From Macrostomum lignano (lineage: Eukaryota), in assembly GCA_002269645.1 (NCBI GenBank), contig NIVC01000027.1:941600-1005599 (forward strand): 64,000 nucleotides of DNA, read 5' to 3'. The position numbers and the translations under genes are program-made. The notes under the pieces were generated by a model. The model saw only the letters and a list, made by a program, of their open reading frames with translations. It searched no databases and was not told the DNA's origin. Shown here in pieces: positions 34,791-46,906 of the stretch. Positions within the stretch are counted from its first letter, which is position 1, and each line of letters starts with the position of its first letter.

Positions 34791-37401
34791 GACTTCTGCC
34801 ACGTTTAATGCACAATCGAAGTATTAGTTCGCTTAGATACATGAACAAGCAATATTAACAAACTAATTTCTGTAGCATAATGTTATAGCATTTAGCAAGT
34901 ACGAGGAATTACTAATTGTGAAGTCGGTTTCCGCGGCTTGAATTTATACAAAAGCGGTTAGACAGTGAATCCGCATGCACAGATTGTCATTGGCTGATCA
35001 ATAAGAAGCCAGTCTGCCTGCAATCCCCCCATCTGCTACTGGGCATGAATGTCATCTCTAAAGCATCGTCTGCACAAAACGGTGGCCACTTGGTAACCTG
35101 AATACGCAACTGCACTAATACATTGCTTATGTATTTAAGGTACAAGTGACATTGAAAAGTTCAGGACTCGAAGACCTATGTAACCATACCACTTCAGAAT
35201 AGACTGGCTAGAAGACCTATGTAACCATACCACTTCAGACTAGACTGGCATACATTTGGAAGTACATTATGACATTTATGCAGCTTGTGAATTTGGAATA
35301 AAATTTTATAATCAGATAAAATGGTGCTTAAAAATATCTATTTGAAATTATTAGCATTGATGTCTCTTTAACTGATCAAGATATAATCGAAAATTTTTAA
35401 TTGAACTATCTAGTGATATAGAAAACTTTCATACTGAGACTTGTTAAGAAACAATAAATAAAGTTTATCATGCAACATAACATTTTTTATTTCAATATTT
35501 TTTTCTAAAACCAAGAAAATTGGGTTCCAACTTTTAACTCAAATCTATTGCAGACACATGGGCTTAACTTTAAACAAAACCTTATAAACCTAGTACTTAT
35601 CTAGACTTATATTTGATATTGTTTTCTTTAAATTTAAAGCACTAAAAATTAAACTACCTTAGCTTCAACTTTTCTGCAGACTAATTAGGCTCTTTTCTCT
35701 TTCCCTCCTCCTTAAGAAGGGATATCTCTATCTTGTGCAGTGCACTAATTGGCTAGGCTTTGCTGCTATCTGCTTTTGTTTGTTATTTATTATGCTTTCT
35801 GACTGCCCTCTCAATTATATTGTCTCACTCTGCCTTCTAAAGGTTGCCTTCATTAAATTATTTAATCATAATATTAGTCAATATAGCTTGTAATATGAGG
35901 ATTGTTTGGAAAGTCTGTGATCAAACATGCATATCTTTTTCGAGTCACTGCTTTGTCTTGATACTTTATACCATAGACAAATATCATACCCTGATTGTTT
36001 TAAAGCAATAGTGGTCTTGTCTGTCTATCTGACTGACTGACTGACTGACTGACTGACTGACTGAATGAATGAATTTTGTTTAATTAACTTTCAAGATTAA
36101 CCCTTATTTTGACATTTTCAATAGGTTACTATATTTATTTATAAAAACATTGCATCCAACTAATAATTAAATTGTAGAAATATTTTAGTAAAATAATAAT
36201 GCAAATCTATAAACCTTCATCAGAATAATGTGTATGCTAACAACTAAACATTTTTTACTTGCAAATTGTGCAGATTAAAGTTTTAGAATACACACCAGAA
36301 AAGTTTAAAATGCATAGCATCTTCCAGAATATATCCTAATATACATGTATACTCAGCAAATCAAAATTTTTACCTTAAAAGCAAGATGAAAATTTACTCA
36401 CTTACTGAAACAATTTTTCATTCATAATTTAACATTCACTTAAGTTGTATAACTAAGCCATTGCAAAGAAGAGAAAGTGGATTGAATAATAATAGACAAT
36501 AGTTATAAAATCATAACAGTTTATTTTTTGTACAATATGCAAATAAAATTGCATGCCTAACAATGTGTATGGGATCAGTCTATGGTGCATCCCCCAAGAT
36601 GAGGCAATACAGAAAGTCCTAGGGAAGCTACTGCCAAGCATGTTCAATGGCATGATATAGCTCCAAAACATTCTATAATAGATTCTCTTTTTTAATTCTA
36701 TATTTTAGGAAGTCCCAAATTGCTTAAAAAGAGTCTTGTGTCTAGGGTGGGAAGGCTAGCGCAATGTGCAGTTGTAGCTATTTTTATAGTTGACTAATAG
36801 CATTGGCTCGGTGTGGCAGCTTCTATTTTGTACCATTAAATAGACCCAAGCTACCTCCAAATGGCAATAAGCTTTATATATGCCATAAGTTGCATTATTT
36901 GCGATAAAGGTACTTGCCATTTTTTAGCATATATCAGCATATATCCCAGCATACATGACACAATAGAAAATTTTCAGCTTAGATCTATGGCATATATGCA
37001 TACATGATAGGATCAAATAAAGTGCCTTATAAATATATAAAATAGGCCTAGCCTATATGCAACACTATTATCATGCATTCATGGAACAAAGGAATAAAAA
37101 AATTTTAAACTTTGTGCTCTACAAAACTAGGTTTTTTTATATTTAGCAGATAAAAGTATTTAAAGTACTTTTTTATATCTGTCTTTTCTCAGTGCACATT
37201 GAAAAAGTTTGTAGTTTTTTAAGTTTCTTACTTTGCATGAATAATAAATTCAAGAATGAAAAGATGTACAAAGTTGAAAACTTTCTTGGATTGCTAGGAT
37301 TTGTCCCAGAAATTCTGGGATTGATGAGATTTTAGTCCTAGTATACAAACATAATCCTATACTTCCCCTCCCACTAGACCTAGTGTATACTAATATACAA
37401 T

Positions 37402-39281
37402 TAGGGATGCTAAAATATTAGACTTGCCCAAAACCAGGATCCCAGTATTCAATACTAGAATTTTGCCAATACTAGTTTTGAATACAGGCAGGTATTCAAT
37501 AGCTTTTTTTCATATTAATTGGCTTTCAAATTTCAAAAATTCAAATTTTATTGTATTTTTCCTATTTTTTTCTTATTGCCTATCTTTTGAATGTATTATA
37601 TTATATAAATCATTTATTTGAATTGTCCTGACTTTTAAATCCAATCAATTTGTGAAATAATAGTAATTGTTTGTACAGTAATTATCATTTTAGTAGCATT
37701 CTTACTAGCCTTATCTTATTCATTGCCTTATCATATTCACCTTAATACATGTACAGCTATATTGTTTGTTAAATAGATCACAAAAATCATGCATCTTCTA
37801 CTGATAGTTTCAATTCTGCCTGTTTATCCTACTAAGCTTCTTGCCCATTTTAACCCTTTCCCATAATCAGGCATCCTGTCTCTTTACACCCTATCAGGCC
37901 TATTGCCGGTTCCTGGACACTTCGTCATCTTACTACTTCGTCATCCACTCATATTTCTAGACACTTTGTCATCTTACTACTTCGTCATCTACAATACTAT
38001 TTTGGACACATCGTCATCTACTCCCTGGACACTTTGTCATCCACTTTGTCTGAAAAACTTATTGAATGAGAAGCTAAATGTAACTTTGTCAGCTAAGTTG
38101 TATTGAGTAGTCATAAATATAGGTGGCTACACTGAGGATTAACTAACTGATTAACTAACTGATAATTAATGTGGATTAACTACGACAGGGGAAGAGCTAG
38201 AGAAGATAACGCAATCAGTACAAAATTGAATTCTACTTGCGGTTTGAATACGATACAAAATCTTGTAATCATACAGTGAAACAAAAATAATAATGAATTG
38301 TAAATTTGCATACCTGAATAGCAAAATTAAATACAACTTAAAAAATAAATAATAATAAATACTAAAAAATACACTATTCATAAACATAATTAAATCTACA
38401 TTGTTACAACTCTACACATGGTTGTGGAAGCAAAGCTATAATAAAATTACAATCAACACTTGTACACATACAGCGTGCATTTAGATGCCAATTATAGCGA
38501 GAAGTTGAATCCCTAAACGTGTATTTAATCCTATATTTTACATACTATTGATTGAGAAACAATTTACATGTATAAAAAACAATCGAATAACAATTTTACA
38601 GCTTTGCGGAATCTTGGGATGACGAAGTGTCCTCAAAATTTGGTCACTTCGTCATCTAGATTTCTAACAATTTTTTTGTATGACGAAGTGTCCAAAAACC
38701 ATGGTCACTTTGTCATCTGGATGATGAACTGGTAAGATGACGAAGTGTCCAGGAACCCTATTGCCAACCTCCTTCATTAGGCATTCTGCCTTCCTCCTAC
38801 CCCCATTCCTTATTAAACATCCCACTCTCTATGCTAGCATACCCCATTAACTATTAGAATTCCCTATTAGCTATTGAAATTCTCAATTAATATGCCCATT
38901 TCCCATGCAACTCTAATCTACTATGTAGCCCTTCTTCTCTCTCTCCATTGGATTGATTAGATAGTGTTTTGCCACTTGGACACTTATGGCTTATGCTACT
39001 AGGAGTATCCCCAGGCTTACTCCTTATAGTAGCATAAATTGGTATTAGTATTGACTGATACAGAATTTAAAAAATGAAAAATCTAAAAAGCCTCAGCTGA
39101 AGCATTTGTTAATTTCTAGGAAAATGCAATTAAAACAAAAACCTACAAAATTAAAAATTAAAGTCCATTTTAGACATATATTGCACCAATATTGGACCCT
39201 AATACTGGTATTGGTAATATTGAAAAAATGGCCCAATACTGGTATTTTTTCTAAACTAGGATCTCAGTGTTAGCATCTCTA
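37402..39281. mobile_element. Non-autonomous hAT-like element, 1,880 bp
   Basis: Termini TAGGGATGCTAA / TTAGCATCTCTA (11/12 inverted match). Perfect 8-bp TSD TATACAAT at 37394-37401 and 39282-39289. CAATACT/AGTATT subterminal repeats. Confidence 0.85.
37908..38757. mobile_element. Nested non-autonomous TIR element (GG termini, 8-bp TSD; MULE/Merlin-like, superfamily uncertain)
   Basis: Perfect 26-bp TIR GGTTCCTGGACACTTCGTCATCTTAC. TSD CTATTGCC at 37900-37907 and 38758-38765. Repeated GACACTTCGTCATC subterminal motifs. Confidence 0.88.
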
Positions 39282-40272
39282 TATACAATCTAAACTATAG
39301 CTTAGAAGTCTAGAAAATGGAACTTTTGACTATTGCCAAGTATATTTTAGGTCTTGCAATTATAGTTTCAAACTTGTAACATCAAATATGAGTTAAAGGG
39401 AAGCAAAAGTAAGAGGCTGACTTAAGTTAATAAAGTTAAAAATTGAATAACTTGTATTTTATTTAAAAAATCTTTTCAGTTTAGTTTTGCCAGATAAAAC
39501 TAAAAAAGTAGCTTATTTATAGTCAGCATAGCAATAGTTATTTATGTAACTCAGCACTCTCAACAGAAAAAACTTTACCTCAAATCCCCAGCTCTAGCCA
39601 CACTTTTAAACTCTGACTTTTTATAGTATAGTATATAATTATTTATCATTACAATTTTAGCAAAGAAAATTAAAATTTACAAAAGATTGTTACATTAAAT
39701 AATTTTTTAAATTAAATTTGACTAATAGTAATACCGATGAATTAATACAATGCCAATTTAAATATACCACAAATCTTACTAAAACAAATTCTTAGAACTA
39801 AGTAACATTATGTTAGTTGATTTTTAATCAATGACAAATGTCTGTCTTACTCTTAAAAAACAAATTTTATTTTTTACTTAATTAACTTTTGTAAGTTGTT
39901 AATCCTAAGTAAGTAACTAGGCTTTAATTTGTTTTTTATAAATATGATTCTCAGAAATAAAGTAGTTTTCACACATTGAAATACCAAATAGCCAACACCT
40001 ACAGGCTTTACAGCCTACAAACCACAAGAGTCGATCAGATAAAGCACGATAAATAAGATATATTCGTTTTTGGTTTCTTGGAAAATTTAGGGTCTCCCTA
40101 AAACACGCCCCGCACCGCCCCGAACCGCTACACATTATAACATTTTTTGTCAATGCAGTATTTGATTGCAAAGAAAACTATTTGTTGTAAGAGTAATGGA
40201 ATAAATATCTTTAATTATTATTATAAATATTGTCATAATTTTTTATATTCTCGTTTTCATTATTAAATTATA

Positions 40273-40923
40273 GGGTGCGTTCGAGTGACTTAAAATGACT
40301 TAAACTGCCATTTTAACGTCCTTAGTAAAACAAATGTTAAGCAGACTAAATGTAAAAATAATCTAGGTAAATGATAGTCAAATTACAATTAAGAATTAAT
40401 TCAATTTCTAAAACCGGTCTAAGATTAAAAAAACGTCGCCTATACTTCTTCCAACTCAACCTGAACGCCTAGGCACCGTTTTAACTTCGCTCGCAATTAC
40501 CACATTTAATCGTAATTGAATATTTTGTATTCTTCACCTTTGTTCTATCATTTGCTTTCACGTCCTTTTGCTCAGTTCGCTGCCCGTCATTATAGTCTTT
40601 GAATAATTGCTTAGTACTAATATTGTTTATTTATTAATTGTTATTACGTAGTAGTTTATTTGGACTTGGAATATAGTCACTATTTCAGCTTGGTTCTTAT
40701 TCTTCAATATAGTATCTGAGTGAACTTCATGTTATGGTTTTGTCTTTCTAGTATAGGCGACGTTTTTTTAATCTTAGACCGGATTTAGAAATTGAATTAA
40801 TTCTTAATTGTAATTTGACTATCATTTACCTAGATTATTTTTACATTTAGTCTGCTTAACATTTGTTTTACTAAGGACGTTAAAATGGCAGTTTAAGTCA
40901 TTTTAAGTCACTCGAACGCACCC
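40273..40923. mobile_element. MITE with 173-bp TIRs
   Basis: 40273-40445 is the reverse complement of 40751-40923, with one mismatch seen. Ends are GGGTGCGTTCG, flanked by ATA on both sides. Confidence 0.92.
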
Positions 40924-41720
40924 ATATTATTATTATTTTATTAATATTATTATTAATATCACTTATTATTCACCGAATTTTATATTTCAAATTAAAGAAA
41001 CTAAATTTAATAAAAACTTTAAAGCTTAACAGAAAACGCATTTTTTAGTGTCTTCAGTTATAGTCCAATTTGTTTTAATGTGTAGCGCTGCAGGGCGGTG
41101 CGGGGCGTGTTTTAGGGAGACCCGAAAATTTATTGTACAAACTTTTTAAAAACCCCGTAAAACAAATTGTAAACGCCAAAAACAGCTTAGCAGCTTACTT
41201 CAATCCTTTTATCAAAAGCAAAGAAATAAAATTCAGGGCTTAATACTCTTTTCTTGAATACTGACTATCAATTTTTTCTACTTATTGCATAAAATGTGTT
41301 CTACTATTTTCAACTTCTAAAATTCGCATATATAATTTTGTTTAATACGTTGGACAAAAGCACAAAACAAGTTCGACTTAAATATTTAAAAGTCACTCAC
41401 CCAGCCAGTCGAAACGGATAGCAGTTTTCTAAATTTGGCTGAGCATTTATTTTTATTGCGCCTGCATGCATCTCCAGCTCAAACCACATGTTCAAGTAAC
41501 CGCATTTCCCAATGCATTGTGCGCATGCACTTTCTTACAGACATTATTGTGAAGCAAGCAGCTGAAGTATTCAAGTTTTCTGCTGGCTTCTTATTGCCAT
41601 AAGTTGTTGGTTCTATTCATGCTCGTGCCTTTTGCCAAACGACTCGGTCTTAAACATGTGATTTATTATTTCAATCTTCAGCGTAAACTTATGTTTTTTG
41701 CCAATTAATATCGATTAAAA

Positions 41721-42398
41721 ATGACCGAAAAGAAAAAACCGATCCTTACTGGACAGCAACGCCTAGTAAAAGATTTGCTCCGTTCAGGCGCAATCAGCCA
41801 TTCGAGCGCCGAGGAGGCAATGCTGGTAATTGACCGAGGCAATTTCTTCCCCCGCGATGCACTCTACGCGTACGCTGACTCACCACAAAGCATCGGCCAC
41901 GGGGCGACCATTTCGGCGCCGCACATGCACGCCATAGCGCTGAGCTGTCTGGCACCAAAACTGGTCCCCGGTGCCAAGGCGCTAGACATTGGTAGCGGCT
42001 CTGGCTACCTTACAGCTTGCATGGCTTACCTAGTCGGTCCGACAGGCAGAGTCATCGGCATCGACCATGTTGACGCTCTTGTCACGAAGGCTACCGCAAA
42101 TCTCCGCGGCTGCTCGGCCACTCAAGAACTCCTGGATTCTGGCGCAATCACCATGGCAACTGGCGACGGCCGGCGCGGCTTTCCAACCGAGCAACCATTC
42201 GACGCGATTCACGTGGGCGCCGCCGCCGAACAGTCGGTGCCGCCCGACCTGACAGATCAGCTGGCACCTGGTGGACGTCTGGTTTGTCCTGTGGGTCCGG
42301 CCGCTGGCCGGCAGACTCTTCTCCGACTGGACAGAGCGCTGGATGGCAGCCTCAGCCGGCGAGCCCTGATGGGAGTCACATTTGTACCTCTGGTTTGA
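41721..42398 (+). CDS. PCMT1: Protein-L-isoaspartate (D-aspartate) O-methyltransferase, intronless, 225 aa
   Basis: Motifs YADSPQSIGHGATISAPHMH, ALDIGSGSGY, GDGRRG, DAIHVGAAA, PGGRLVCPVG and LMGVTFVPL. AATAAA at ~42504. Confidence 0.95.
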   Translation: MTEKKKPILTGQQRLVKDLLRSGAISHSSAEEAMLVIDRGNFFPRDALYAYADSPQSIGHGATISAPHMHAIALSCLAPKLVPGAKALDIGSGSGYLTACMAYLVGPTGRVIGIDHVDALVTKATANLRGCSATQELLDSGAITMATGDGRRGFPTEQPFDAIHVGAAAEQSVPPDLTDQLAPGGRLVCPVGPAAGRQTLLRLDRALDGSLSRRALMGVTFVPLV

Positions 42399-43129
42399 CA
42401 TTTGTGCATCGCCTGATGATGTACATGTATTAGATGAACGTGTAAACACATCGAGCAACTCGCCACAAGTTATGCGCTTTTTCGAAACAAAATTGAAATT
42501 AAAATAAAACAGCAAATAATTAACCAACTGTTAATTGCAAAGAAGGCCAAATTCAAGCTACTCGTACAAGAGGTGTCATTAGAGATTACTGCCGAAGGTC
42601 TTCTAACTGGCGTATGCGAAATGCATCTGACTCTCTCACGTCACGACCCCTGTTCGCAGGCCACAGTCAGTAGGGGCTTGTGCGCGAAATTTGTCTAGTG
42701 GGTTGTCATGCAATTTCCACCCAAAGCACTGCAATTTATTGGGAAGTCAGGACGGCAGCACAACCTGTGCTCAAGCATGTTTGAAGTACAGTGTACGTGC
42801 GTGTCCTTATTATCCGCGCACTTTTATAATGTGCTCGGAGTCAGTGGAAATGGCAGAGTGCCTCATTGCTAGTTGTTTGACAATGTCACTAAGTTGATAC
42901 GGCCAGGTACTCACCATCGCATGCCTAAAGTTGATTAGTCTATGGAAAGAACTCAAGTGACTACAGAGAGAATATACAAACTATTATGAGCCAGTTTAAT
43001 ATTTAGGCATCGCGACAAATTACAAACCACGCCTTCAGAGTCGCATAATTAATATTGTTAAATTATTTTATTTTAACACCAGTCTACTTTAACCGTCGGA
43101 AAAGAAAAGTTGATTAACTAATTGTCGAA

Positions 43130-43368
43130 ATGACTCGAGGGCAGCTCGGCAGTTTCACTCAGCAAAAGTCATGCCGGCCAGCAATACTAAAGACGGCAGC
43201 TATCAAGCGCCAATGCCCAACCAGCCCTCCTGGCAGTTCGTCGGAGTCTGGCACGGCGACCACAGCGCACGGCACAGCAGCACCGTGCCTGCTGATGGCC
43301 CGAAGGCAACAACGTCAGCGCCTTGTTCAACAAGCTGGAGCAGCTGGAGGCAGCCCCACTACGACTAG

Positions 43369-43408
<40 letters not shown>

Positions 43409-43411
43409 TAG

Positions 43412-43452
<41 letters not shown>

Positions 43453-43455
43453 TAG

Positions 43456-43516
<61 letters not shown>

Positions 43517-44842
43517 GTCTGCCTGTCTGTCTGTCTGTCTATCTGTCTGTCTGTCTGTGTGTGTGTGTCTGTCTGTCTGTTTGTCATTATCTAAAGCTAA
43601 CCTGAATCTGCTCCACACGCAGATGTATTTTTGGTGGATGCGAAACTTCTCTACGAGGGCAAGTGCACAAAAAAGAGCAGAAATCAGCCCAGCAAAAGCC
43701 GTCGCCCGTGCAGCAGTCAGAGCTCACCGCCAACAATCTCTGCGCCGAAGGCACGACCACCCCCGCCGCTGCAGCCGCCAGCGATGCGGCGGGATTGAAT
43801 TCAACCTCCTCCTCGTTTGAGGACGCCAGTCAGGCGAGGAACTCGCACTACCGCGACCCTAGTCCTCTTCGCCCCGGCCCTCGCCACCGCATGCTGGCTG
43901 GACAATCCAGAAGCGACGATGACTATGATGACGAGGAGAGCGAGGAGACCAGGAAAGCACGAATGTCTTCGCTGGCTCTGAAGAAGCAGTTCATCTACTA
44001 TGAGGGCAAAATGAAAACTGTTCTGGTGCAGCTGTGGCCCGATGCGGTAGGGTTTTAATGCATTGATCGGCCTTAGTTTATTTCACGTACATGCACTTGT
44101 CTTCTTGACTTGCAACACATCTTCCTTTCTTCTATTGTCCGGTCCTGTCAAATGTTTACTTGTTTTCGTAAGGCTTGTCTTCCTAAATGTTTTCGTATTT
44201 TTTCTTGTCCGCTTTTCAGTTGCTTAATCTTACCTGACCGTACAACAGCTAAGTTTGTTCTGTGGTCGCTGGACTAATTAACTAGCACTTGACTAGCTTC
44301 CTAATTCCTTCAACTCAGATAAAACAGATGACAGGCAGCTCAAAGGATGAACATGTCTGAATCTCGCGCCATTCGGTGCTTGACTGGCTGACAATGTATT
44401 TTGTTGCTCTTGTTGCTGTGCAAAAAAATCAGGAATATGAGCGCCCAATTTATTGTTTTTCCTTAAACCAAGTCTTTATCCATGTCAGGTCACACGATCG
44501 ACCACCTGTCTCCCGCACCCTCAGAACCGAATTCCGTTGCACGAGCGGCACCGCCTTCAAGACCCGATGAAAAAACACTACGGCCGGCTTTCCCAGCGAG
44601 CTCGACTACTCAAAGAATTCGAGAACAACAAGCGCAAACAGCCGCGTGAGATTGTGGAAGTGCCGCTACTGCCGCGACGAATGCAGCAGGAGGCGAAGGT
44701 GCGACTAATGGCCTGGTACCAGCCTATCAGCCTGACCTTGGCTGAGCCAACCGGAGCTGCAACCACTGCTGCTGGCCCTGCCGCTGACGCCCAGGCCTCA
44801 GCAGAGCCTGTCAACTCAACAGATAATAAGCATACACGATGA
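43130..44842 (+). CDS. Uncharacterised low-complexity protein (~338 aa), predicted 3 exons
   Basis: Exons 43130-43368, 43623-44046 and 44489-44842. The junctions AG|gt...(GCTAAC branch)...cag|A and GCG|gtaggg...cag|GTC keep one open frame. No recognisable domain. Confidence 0.6.
43369..43584. repeat. Interrupted (TCTG)n microsatellite filling intron 1 of the orphan gene
   Basis: Begins at the GT donor; TCTTAGTG, TTTG, TCTA and CCTG interruptions. Confidence 0.96.
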
Positions 44843-45651
44843 GTGACAAAACTTTCTAAACACACCACAACTAACTTGTCTTCGTACATAAAAGTTGGTT
44901 TTTGCAAACAGCTCTTGGCTCAACGCCAAGCACGACTTACATTCTTGTCAGTTCGACTGCGCATTGCTCATTCGCTAATTTGTTTAAGTAATTCGACGCT
45001 TTAAATTACCCATTTTATGTATTTGGCAGTGCTTTTTCGTCCGTGTATTTTTAAATTATTTATTTCACAACGAACACTCGGAAGACAAAAAGCCTGGCTA
45101 CAGTGTTAACGAGCCATTTTTGCAGCAATATACTGAAATGCAATCATTTTTTCTTGTCCGTGTACGCACAGAACTATTTGGTTTTCTAAATAATTAAATT
45201 CATATTGACTTGGCAAACTTTGTCTTTTCAGCTGCTTCAGAAAAGACAGCTTGACAACAAAAATCTAAACGGACTGATTATATAATAGTATAAATGCATA
45301 ACTAACTTCAGCTAAGATCGTTTCAGAAGCTCGAAACCCTTCTCAAGCTCGAAATTTTCTATTGTCACATTTGAAATTTGCATCTCTCGGCATGTTTGTC
45401 ACCGGAGTTTATTGATGACAGATGTAATCTGTACACTAGGGCGGGCTTAGTGATTCCCCCTTCCCTGCAGAGGAGAAGCATTGCAAACATTCGACATTTG
45501 CCAAACGCAAAATGGTAGTGGGTGAAGCGATCTTAATGCTATTTTTAGTCTAGTAAACTTCAGGTTTTCTATCAGGAAAGTACAGGACATGCTTTTGCAA
45601 CAGTAAAGAAGCGAACACCAATGAAATGCTTAATATAAACCATTGTATATA

Positions 45652-46270
45652 CACTCAGCAACAGTCAAAACCGCCACCCTACCGAGAGAGGCGACTTCTC
45701 TCTCACCTCAATTGCAAGTGACGCAACTTGCGCCACAGCGTGGCTAAAGCTGGGTGACAGTGAATTCCAGGATGAGAGTACAAAAGGGACTGGGGTTGGG
45801 GTTGGGGGTGCAACAGTACACGTGACAATGGTCAGGCATTTGACAGACGCTGAACGATGGCGCGCTGTTGGCATGCTAGAAGCTGGTGCATCCATCAGCG
45901 CAGTTGCTTGCCAATTTGGTCGATCACGTTCAACAATTCGAGCGCTGTTAACGAATTCCCAAGATACTGGTAGTGTTCAGCAAGCAGCCATAGACAGCCA
46001 GCGCCATGATCTCCGCCGCTCAACAGCCAGGGCAAATCGACGTCTGCTGCGGATTGTCAGGCGAACTCCGACCGCGCCAGCCACCCTGCTCCATCTAATG
46101 TGGGGTGAAAGAAGCAGATGGGGCATCCCCTGCATCCCCTGATTGCCCTCTCCTGCATTCACTCTCACCCAGCTTTAGCCACGCTGTGGCGCAAGTTACG
46201 TCACTTACAGTTGAGGTGAGAGAGAAGTCGCCTCTCTCGGTAGGGTGGCAGTTTTGACTGTTGCTGAGTG
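45652..46270 (+). mobile_element. Tc1-like internal-deletion derivative
   Basis: ~120-bp TIRs (CACTCAGCAACAGTCAAAAC...) with TA on both sides. The internal ORF 45822-46142 (ERWRAVGMLEAGASISAVACQFGRSRSTI...TGSV) is a Tc1 paired-HTH N-terminus with no DDE domain. Confidence 0.9.
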
Positions 46271-46274
46271 TATA

Positions 46275-46549
46275 TACTCAGCAACATTAAAAAGTCGCCA
46301 CCTTTGAGAGTGCGCAGTAAATTCTAACTCAGTATTGACTTTTGAGTGACGCAACTTGCGCCACGCGAAGCAGAGTTTGGACTGGGTGAAGAGGGATCGG
46401 GAGGAGCAGAGGGCGAAGATTGGATGTGTTGAAGCTTCCGCCCGGTTTTCATTGTTTTTTTCAAGCATTTTTAATGTCAAAATGGTTGGCCAGGGGATAG
46501 ACACTGCTCACTGGGTCAAAGGGTGGCGACTTTTTAATGTTGCTGAGTA
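46275..46549. mobile_element. Tc1-related MITE, copy 1
   Basis: TIR TACTCAGCAACATTAAAAAGTCGCCACC with TA flanks; homologous to 59692-59956. Confidence 0.88.
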
Positions 46550-46626
46550 TATCGCTTCATTTATTATTGGTAAGCTATTTGCTTTTAAGCTATTCGACAT
46601 GTGATTTTTTAACTAAAACAAACTGT

Positions 46627-46906
46627 ACTTAGCAAGATTTGAAAAGTCGCCACTCTATACGCCCGTGAGCAATTTCTCTTGGACCATTCTGAAATAAAAG
46701 ATACGAGAAAACTACTGATCGGGGTAGCTTTAATCCGTCCAACCCTCGCACACCGCTCCTACCCCACTTCATTCCTCAACTCAAGTCTGTCGCCGCGTAG
46801 CTGAGTTGCGTCACTCGTAAAGATTGAGAGACTTTGCCTGTACTCTAAAAAATGCCGACCACAGACGGAATCTTCTGTTATGGCGACTTTTCGATGTTGC
46901 TTAGTA
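46627..46906. mobile_element. Diverged member of the same MITE family
   Basis: Ends TACTTAGCAAGATTTGAAAAGTCGCCA ... TGGCGACTTTTCGATGTTGCTTAGTA. The internal GTTGCGTCACTC motif is shared with the other copies. Confidence 0.65.

Noticed and set aside
35170-35250. Two-copy ~41-bp direct repeat
   Set aside because: A simple local duplication in AT-rich intergenic DNA with no further structure.
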